DNA of 64,000 bases from Octopus sinensis (Eukaryota): NCBI RefSeq assembly GCF_006345805.1, contig NC_042999.1, positions 73,284,001 to 73,348,000 on the forward strand. Reading direction: 5' to 3'. Below are positions 55,495 through 64,000 of the stretch, piece by piece (positions within the stretch are counted from its first letter, which is position 1; each line of letters opens with the position of its first letter). The translations under genes and the position numbers were made by a program. Below the pieces are notes generated by a model. It worked only from the letters and a program-made list of their open reading frames with translations. It did not search any database and was not told the origin of the DNA.

Positions 55495-56311
55495 CGTGGA
55501 TGTGTCATATACATGAGTCATTTATATTAAACTGTTTCATAGTTGATTACATAAAAGCATTAATGCCTTTATAAATATTTTCTATAATATAAATCTGTGG
55601 GCATATCTAACATAAAGACGGGACTAGATTTAGTTAGATCATCAATTATTGAGTTGAGACAGAAAAAAAGAAGAAAGATATAAGAATGAATGAAACATAG
55701 AATTAAAAAGAAGGAAAGACTTCGAATGATAGGGAAAACAACGATGAGGAAATATATTTCGGACTATATTATATATATTCCACTGGAGATTATTTTGCTT
55801 CTTAACAAAATGCAGGTATAATGATGGTGCAGATAATTACCATTTCTCACTCAAATGGTGACATGGCATCAGAAGAAAAGATCGTGCCTTTACGCTGCCA
55901 AATTTCAATAAACGAGTCCGAACTACAGTAAGCAACTGGCAAAATCTTTTAAACGATTTCGAGCAAAAATAATTGCAAATCGTTTCAAAGAAAACATTAA
56001 CCTTCTCCTGAAATTGCTGTGCCATATATATATATATATTGTCCGTTTTTCCGTCCTTGCTTTTGTATGCATTCGCTACTTTCTTCGAAGGAATCTAATG
56101 CTCTCAGCTTAGTTTTTCCTTTGGGCTGGCCAGATTGGGGCAATCTCAAGAATAATCAGCCGAAATTGCGAGGATAATCTGGTTCTTAACTGAAGATAGA
56201 AAACTTCGAATGACCCGCCCTTGTTTTCCCTGTATCGTCTATCTGAGTGTTTTGCTGTCCCTTTTTGTATCACCTAGTTGTCCGGATGTTTTGCGTCCTT
56301 GTCCCATTTTG

Positions 56312-56344
<33 letters not shown>

Positions 56345-56515
56345 GCGGCGTACGTACACTTTGTTCTTTTATATTCATATATTATATATATATATTATAT
56401 AATATATATATATATATATATATAATATATATATATATATATTCATATATATATCTTCTGGCTATTTCATCAGGCTGAACCATTAACCGTTAATTCCTAC
56501 ACATTTCTCACTCAC

Positions 56516-56566
<51 letters not shown>

Positions 56567-56594
56567 TCTCTCTCCGTTTTTTCGCGTCTTAATC

Positions 56595-56630
56595 CTTTCT
56601 GTCGAAGTATGTAGGGTCGAAACGTCAAAG
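56595..56630 (+). ncRNA. Hammerhead-like motif, A6U core variant
   Basis: CTTT-CTGTCGA-A-GTATGTAGGGTC-GAAA-CG-TC-AAAG: 4-bp helix I, AACGT near-palindrome, GUC site, helix II degraded. Confidence 0.55.
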
Positions 56631-56748
56631 ACTTTTCCAATTCTTCCCGTGCGTTAAGCTAATACACCTGTTTTTTTCCCTCACCTGTCTTCGTCTTTTC
56701 TTTTCTGGAAATGTGAACTAATATGTGTGTGTGTGTGTGTGTGTGTCT

Positions 56749-56779
<31 letters not shown>

Positions 56780-56924
56780 CGCGTATGTTTATATATATAT
56801 ATATATATATCGTTCATTTAGGCTATGCGATACTAATAACCTGGTGTAGAACTCAATACACGTATGCCTCTGAACGATGCGTGAGTCGAGTACAGAACAG
56901 TAATAAGAAAATAGAAATGACAAC

Positions 56925-57056
56925 GGATTACTCAGAGTTCCACGTTCCTGTTCGTCAGACAGTTTTGTTTTTCAGTCAAAACTGTCCGACGAACGGGAAC
57001 ATAAAACTCTGAATAACAGTTTTTGTGATATTTTTGCTGCTTTTCAATAAAGTATA
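56925..57056. ncRNA. Head-to-head pair of degenerate hammerhead motifs 9 nt apart
   Basis: Minus: AAAACTGT-CTGACGA-ACAGGAACGT-GGAA-CTCTGAG-TA. Plus: AAAACTGT-CCGACGA-ACGGGAACAT-AAAA-CTCTGAA-TA-ACAGTTTT. A 3' tail fragment of the same family lies at 36898-36946 (-). Confidence 0.65.
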
Positions 57057-57073
57057 TACATACATATATATAT

Positions 57074-57167
<94 letters not shown>

Positions 57168-57225
57168 GCAAAACGCTCAGCATAGGCGTGTGCGTGTGTG
57201 TGTATACACACACACACACACACAC

Positions 57226-57640
57226 CTATGCTGAACGTTTTACATCCAGGTCTTCATTGAAGTATGTTAGTCCGGCTGTTTCGGGATTATATGGGAGGTT
57301 ATCGGGAAGGAAGTGTTTCTTAAGGAACTCACTGATTACTTGTGGGGGAAGAAAGTACTTCCTAAGGAGCTCACTACTTACACGTTTGATGTTTCCTTCA
57401 CTTTTCAGCACTAAGTTAATGAATTTATTTTTGCTGCTGTTGTTTAGCAAGTGAAAGACTATACGACTTTTGAAGGTTGTCTGAACAGTCCTCAAGCTTC
57501 TAACTTCTTTATCTCTTCTTAGGCAGAGCCTGTCGATATCACTACTTTTGTGGAGATATCCTTTTTTTTTTTCACTTCGGGCAGTAGAGCGTTGTTTATC
57601 AAAAGTTGTGCGGCACATCCGCACTCCCCTTTCTTTCCAC
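57226..57640 (-). mobile_element. RLE-LINE post-RT fragment
   Basis: GYLHKSSDIDRLCLRR..RSL..FKSRIV resembles the H..SD.DRLY..R..GGRGL motif. Confidence 0.6.
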
Positions 57641-58384
57641 CGGCCTGCTCATCAGTCACTATGTTGTTGGACTCACAATGAACCTGAAGGTGGTATCAAG
57701 AAGTTTTCGGACTAGTTCTGTAGCGCACCAATAGATGCCAGCACACGGTTGCGTGCGCAGTGAGAGCTAGCAGTGACCTTTATGAGACAGTGTGCCGAGT
57801 AACATATATAGATATTTAAAATAGCGTTTTTTTTCTGTAAAATTTTAGCCTCTTGTATAAGTATCTAACTATTAGGTCCCTTCCAGGTGCCTTCCTATTA
57901 TGCAGTTTGCCTATGTATGTGTGTATGTAAGTATGTATGTATGTGTGATTGTGTGTGTCTGTGTTTGTGTTTGTCCCCAACTCGTCGCTGGACAACCGAT
58001 GTTTATTTATGTCCCCGTGAATTAGCGGCTCGGCAAAAGAAACTGGTGAAGAAATAAGTACTTAGAAAAGACTTTAAAAATAAGTACGAAGTTTCATTTG
58101 TTCGATGAGAGACTTTAAGGAGGTGCCCCATCATGGCAGCAATCCAGTGACTGAAAAAAATACAAATTAAAAGACAAAAAAACCCCAAAGATATCACAAG
58201 TGATCCATGCTCATTTTGTCAAAGAAAGAGCATCTGACTAAATGAGCATGAATCACATGTACTATTTTGTATTATTATATAATTATCATTTATGTTCATG
58301 ATTTGCCTGAACTGTGTATTGTTGAAAGGATCGTAATGCAGGAATGTTACGCCAAAACTTCCATTCATGGACTTAATGTGCACA

Positions 58385-59010
58385 TACGAGGTGGTATCAA
58401 GAAGTTTTCGGACTAGTTCTGTAGCGCACCAATAGATGCCAGCACACGGTTGCGTGCGCAGTGAGAGCTAGCAGTGACCTTTATGAGACAGTGTGCCGAG
58501 TAACATCGCAATGTTTACTTCGCAAGTTGTGAAATTTTTGTTTGTATGATCACGTGTATACTGTAGTCTACACTTTTGTCATGGACAGGAACAAAGAGCC
58601 AACGTGAAACTTTGCATTAAACTTGGGAAGTCTGTTACAGCGAAACTGAGCCTGCTTCGGCAAGCTTACAGCGACGAGGCAATGGGTCGTACGCAGTGTT
58701 TTGGGTGGCATGGGCACTTCAAAAGCAGAAGGGTGTCCCAGAAAGATGACGGGTGACCTGGAAGACCTGCCTTGAGCGTCACCCCCGAAGTATGCTATTG
58801 TACATCGAGAATTCGTACCACCCCTCGGGGGCCAGACTATCAATGGAGAGTTCTACTGCGACGTTTTGAAGCGTTCGTTTCAGGAAAGACATTCAACGAA
58901 AGCGACCGGATCTGTCGAACGCGAAGAATTTGATTCTTCACGACAACAATGCACCTTATCACCAAGATCTCACTCGTGAGTTTCTCGCCAAAAAAACAAC
59001 ATATATATAA
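58385..59010 (+). mobile_element. Degraded mariner (5' TIR, HTH and partial DD34D); its first 118 bp are duplicated at 57688-57805
   Basis: TA-CGAGGTGGTATCAAGAAG; EQRANVKLCIKLGKS..AYSDEAMGRTQCFGWH..FK; HREFVP..TINGEFYCDVL..ILHDNNAP. Confidence 0.85.
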
Positions 59011-59781
59011 CACATATAATACATATAATTTTACGCAAAAACACCCTACAAACTGCTAAAGTGAATAAAAAAAATTGTAAATTTATTCGACCTTTGTGGC
59101 CCGGTAGTTATCTGTGGCCCGATGGCTAGGAAACCCTCAATTAGACAAAAAAATGCGGGAAGGTCACGGCTGAAATGCGTTTATCATAAGTTTGCTTGAT
59201 CAAGGCATACATAAAGCTAAATGATAACATATATTTACACCTCTATATGCTCATGTGTATTTGTATATATTGCTGCGTGTCTAAACGTGTTGGTTACTAT
59301 GCGTGCTTTTGAATGTCTATGTACTCATATCATATTCTGCATGTGTGTGTACTTATACGTGTGTGTATGTAGGTCTTGTATCTACATGTGTGTGAGTGTA
59401 TTATTTTTATCTATAAGTGTATATGAGTATGAGTGTGTAAGTGTATAAAACTATATATATTCATATGTGTTATAAATCTGTATGTATGTTTGTATGACTA
59501 CCTAAATGTATGACAGAGACAAAAGAGAGAGGTATATATCGTGTGTGTATGTGTGTATGTGTGTGTGTGTGTGAGTGTGTGTGTGTGTGTGAGTGTGTAC
59601 ATGGGTGGATGTATATTTATGTATGGGTTTGTCTGTGAGTTTCTGTATGTTCATAGGTTACATATTTACAGTGCCTTTGATCTAATTAGTTAGAGTCTAT
59701 AGGCAGCAATCAGTAACACTATATCTGTTCGCCTGTCTATGTATGTGCGTTTGTATGTGTGTATCTGCCTGTGTTTGTATA

Positions 59782-59823
<42 letters not shown>

Positions 59824-60105
59824 TATAATTAGTTTATATGACTATCTTTGTCAATATTTGTTACATGTGTGCGTGGATATGAAGCTGTGCAGGCCTGTTT
59901 TAATTTCTCTTCGGCCATCGTTTCTTTTTCTCTCACATTAATTACACTCGCTTCTCATTCTCTCTTTCTAAATATCTTTTCAAACACTTTTCTATTTCCT
60001 CATTTCTCTCCTCAAACTTCCTGGCAGCATCTCCATTTACCTGTTTATCAATTAAACATGTTTGTGATAACTTTAAATATATATATGTATATAGATGTGT
60101 GTGTG

Positions 60106-60142
<37 letters not shown>

Positions 60143-60434
60143 CTCTGTGTGTGTGTGTGCGTGTGTTTGTGTGTGTGTGAGTGTGTGTGTGTGCGTGTGT
60201 ATAGGTGTGGTTGTATGGTAACAACCTGCATGGTTCCAGGTTCAGTCCCATTGCATGGCACCTGGTGCAAATGTCTTCTACTTTTGGCTCGGGTCAATCA
60301 AAGCCTTATGAGTGAATTTGAAAGTTGGAAACTGAAAGAAGCCCGTTGTATGTATGTGTGTATTTGTGTGTGTGTGTGTGTATGTGTATGTGTGTGTGTA
60401 TTTGTGTGTGTGTGTGTGTTTGTCCCCCATATAA

Positions 60435-60940
60435 CACATCCTTTTTCAATGGAAAGAATTACACCCAAGTTAGAGGCACAACGATGAGAAAGAGATTTTC
60501 TCCCATTTATGCGAACTCTGTAATAGCATACTTAAAACAAACCAACTCTATCAAAAAGTAATGGAAAACTACGGCACTGGATTTAGAAAGTATATTGAAG
60601 ATGCTTGGAAGAGATATCTTGACGATTGCTTCACAATCTGGACATAATCTCTAGATACTCTGGAAGAATTTAATATCCTCCTGAACAATCTGCGCCCAAT
60701 TCTCCAATTTACAAAGAAGATGAGTAGTACCAAATAACCATTTCTAGACATAATGGTAATTAAACGTGATGCCACCATCACCACTGATATAAACACAGAT
60801 ACGCATCAATATCTGAACTTTAAATCGTGCCATCAAACACATACAAGATGCAATATCCCATACTTCCTAGACAGAAAAAGTTGTACTATTGTGGAAAATG
60901 TGAATACCCGAGACAAACGCCTAACTGATCCAAATATTGA
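60435..60940 (+). mobile_element. Degraded PLE RT fragment (Penelope/Poseidon/Neptune-like)
   Basis: FNGKNYTQVRGTTM..SPIYAN, WKRYLDDCF, FT..PFLDIMV, TDTHQYLNFKSCH..NIPY. Confidence 0.85.
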
Positions 60941-63062
60941 AGTATTATATTTAATGTATTGGCACCATCATTAATGAGTATCTCTTACAGTAGTCTAAAT
61001 ATCACTTTCCTAAAGGTTATTAGGAAAACCTTTGGAAAAATATAACTTACAAACGATGCAGGCATGATTTTTCCTATGGAATACACCAACAACTCATTTA
61101 TTTTGATTGAATCTGAAATCCCTTCACTATTTAATTTGCAACGAATAAAGCGTGTCAACTGTTTTATTAACCAAATATCCCATAGTCTCTCTCAATGTCC
61201 TTCTCATCAGTGATCTTCTGTCGATCTCTGTCAACTCATTTTACTTCAATGCTGAAGTCAACTAATTTACCCTAAGTAAATTAAAACACGCATCAATCTG
61301 TAATCCACAGATACGCTATCCCTTCAATCTGCATTTGCTACCGTTACTAAAAAGGTCTCTAGCCATAGATGCAAAATAATTGTACGCCACTTCAATGCAA
61401 ACCCTACATAACACTCATTATGCAATATTTTTGGCTATTTATGTTATCTATATTGTGTCTACTTCTATACCTCCCATATCCTGCACTAACCACTTTTTCA
61501 ATATGTTCTTCCCAGAATGTCATCTCTCTAAAATTCTCACCTACCAGTGTGTTTCTCTTTTTTTTTTTTAAGTTGCTGAAGATGGACATCCACTATATCG
61601 ATTTTATCAGGCCCTGAGAGCCTACAAAGGCGATGATTGCAGACCCTTCTTTCTGACAAAACCGTTAGACATAATATTAGTCACTTCGTAGTTGAATCGG
61701 TGACACTGTTAGCCAGAAAGCGTGGTCTGAGCTCTGTCACTGGGATTCTTACTCTTTTTCTAAGAACAACTAATGTAACAAAGTATATGCTGAGAAGGAA
61801 GGTTGGTAAGTGATCTGGGATTTGGAAGTGATCTGGGATGATGAGAGTAGGAGAGATGAGTGTGTAAGGAGAAATTGGAATAAGATGGCATGCAACTTTA
61901 TACAGTTTATAACGATATTAGATTTAACAAGCACATATCTATCATTTACTGTCAGTTTCGCTGTCTCAAAATGGTGTTTCGAATAGTTAATATAATTTCG
62001 AGTTGAAAATCGGGAATAAATTTACTCATTATTTGACTCAGGGGATTATTGTTCGTTTCAAAGGTTATATCGAAATGGGTCACCAAGCCATTCTGGACAT
62101 AAGAACATATAATGTTTATATATGTAAGTGTACCCTATTCTGATACCCTTCCAATTATCGAGTTGAAATAAAACTACCAAAGAACTATATTTAAATATTT
62201 AACTTGAGAAGATGAAGAGACTGGCTATCAATAATGTAATTGCAAATGTTGTCGCTTAGAAAATGATTGATATGTGGTTAGTGAGCTTTGTTTCTCATTT
62301 TTCTCTTTTAGATATTGTTTCTAATGACTCGTATCAATTCCCATTTGAAATTTTAGAACTTAATTCATTGATAATGGTTAACATATATATGTGTGTAAGA
62401 GTTGACATAAAGCTTAGTAAAGTGACAACAAATAACTTGCAGAAGATCGAGAAAATAGTGTAACCGTTAGTTGTTTCCAAACACTTTTATTCAACACACA
62501 CAGCAAAACAAATAGCAAAGCATTGTTTCGAATAATTATCGGTAACATCATCAGAAAGTATAGCAACAATAGTGGTCACGCCACGCTTCGTATAACAATG
62601 GCAACTTGAGATAATAAATGCACACTCTCGTCTCTTAGATTAAACACCCAAAAAAAATCAATTAAAAAAGCTAAAAATTCGAGTGCCTCATGCTACATAG
62701 AATTACGAACATACGTATAAATAGAACACCCAGGGCTAGAAACAGTCGTTACATTGTCCAACATACATAACTACTTGTTCTGATATTGTCTTGAACTGAA
62801 TAAATCTTGTACTTTGTTTTAGTTCAACATCTGAACCGTTCCATAAATTTCCCCTACAGATTTAAATAAACATGTTCTTCGTAGTGGTACAACACATTTC
62901 TTTAGATTAAATTTTCTCTCAAATTATAACATCACCCTCTTAGTGGAAGAATACTGTATACATACACACATACATGCATGCATATATGCATGTATGTATG
63001 CGTGTGTATGTATATGTATGTGTGTATGTGTGTAGTATTATGTATGTATGTATGTATGTATG

Positions 63063-63096
<34 letters not shown>

Positions 63097-63233
63097 TGTA
63101 TGTACTGTGTAGTATGATTTTTAAGAAGTAGTATAGCACTCGATCAGTTAAGAGAGTAATGACAATATAAAACACAAAAAGCCTTGTCAATACGTCCATG
63201 TGTAGATAGATAGATAGATAGATAGATAGATAC

Positions 63234-63321
<88 letters not shown>

Positions 63322-63337
63322 TGACAGACAGACAGAC

Positions 63338-63407
<70 letters not shown>

Positions 63408-63414
63408 TATTTTT

Positions 63415-63760
63415 CTCTTTTTTTGGCTTTAAACATTATTTGTGCTGTGTTAAATTCTACGAGAGACATGAACTTCAAGATACACAATTTCAAAAACAGC
63501 ATATAGATGTATTTTCGATTGCTTACATTGTTAACTATCATTATGGATAGAGGGTACTCTTGTGAATTTTACAGCATACCTTCCCACAGTAATTAAGATA
63601 CGTCAATACATTTGAATAATTCAAAAAGTATAACACAATTTGCCTTGTTTCTCCATCTCAGAAAAGAAAACGAACTGTAACACTCCTTCCCGTTCATGTT
63701 CGTGTATTTTATGAGGTTTCCAGTAGAAGATGTAGTCTCATATCACACCCAGAACTTTAT
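63415..63760 (-). mobile_element. CR1/L2-group (Crack/Daphne-like) LINE RT C-terminal remnant
   Basis: LNYC..-like segment and [25 protein letters not shown]. Confidence 0.6.
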
Positions 63761-64000
63761 TTCTGTAATTACGTTGCTTATCAGCACTTTAATATGACTG
63801 CAAATTTTAGTTTCCAAACAACATAAGCCTTGTTTTATTCAAATTTTATGATAATTTATATATGAAGCACCACCGTTTTCATTTTCATTTTCTTATTTCT
63901 GTCGTGAAAACCTCCAAAATTTCCTGTAAAATCTTCCTTGAACAAAGGAGAATTTGTGTCGTTGCAAATAAACTAAAATGTGAGTATTCTCAATATGCTA

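Noticed and set aside
55818-55930. Exon-like segment CAG|GTATAATG...CTACA|GTAAGC (GIMMVQIITISHS...)
   Set aside because: Weak acceptor, no recognisable protein features and no phase-linked partner exon.

Overview
AT-rich, microsatellite-saturated animal genomic DNA. The repeat families look octopod-cephalopod; that is an inference from recalled repeat families, not a database result. Most of the window is transposon debris: RLE-type Dong/R4-like LINEs in (TAA)n tracts, Penelope-like elements (PLEs), an L1/Tx1-like and a Crack/CR1-like LINE, tRNA-derived SINEs, Tc1/mariner/maT derivatives and a non-autonomous Helitron. Two signals are not in the ORF track. (1) A spliced three-exon host gene on the + strand (ATG 32432-32434; 40667-40860; 45102-45174; AATAAA 45382) predicts an 89-aa secreted protein with 8 Cys and a CCxxYxxCM motif that I cannot assign to a family. 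(2) About a dozen minimal type-I hammerhead-ribozyme motifs from at least six sequence-distinct families, often as inverted pairs next to microsatellites; most are decayed and one (7671-7762) has an intact core. Several near-perfect local inverted duplications may be real fold-backs or assembly artefacts.
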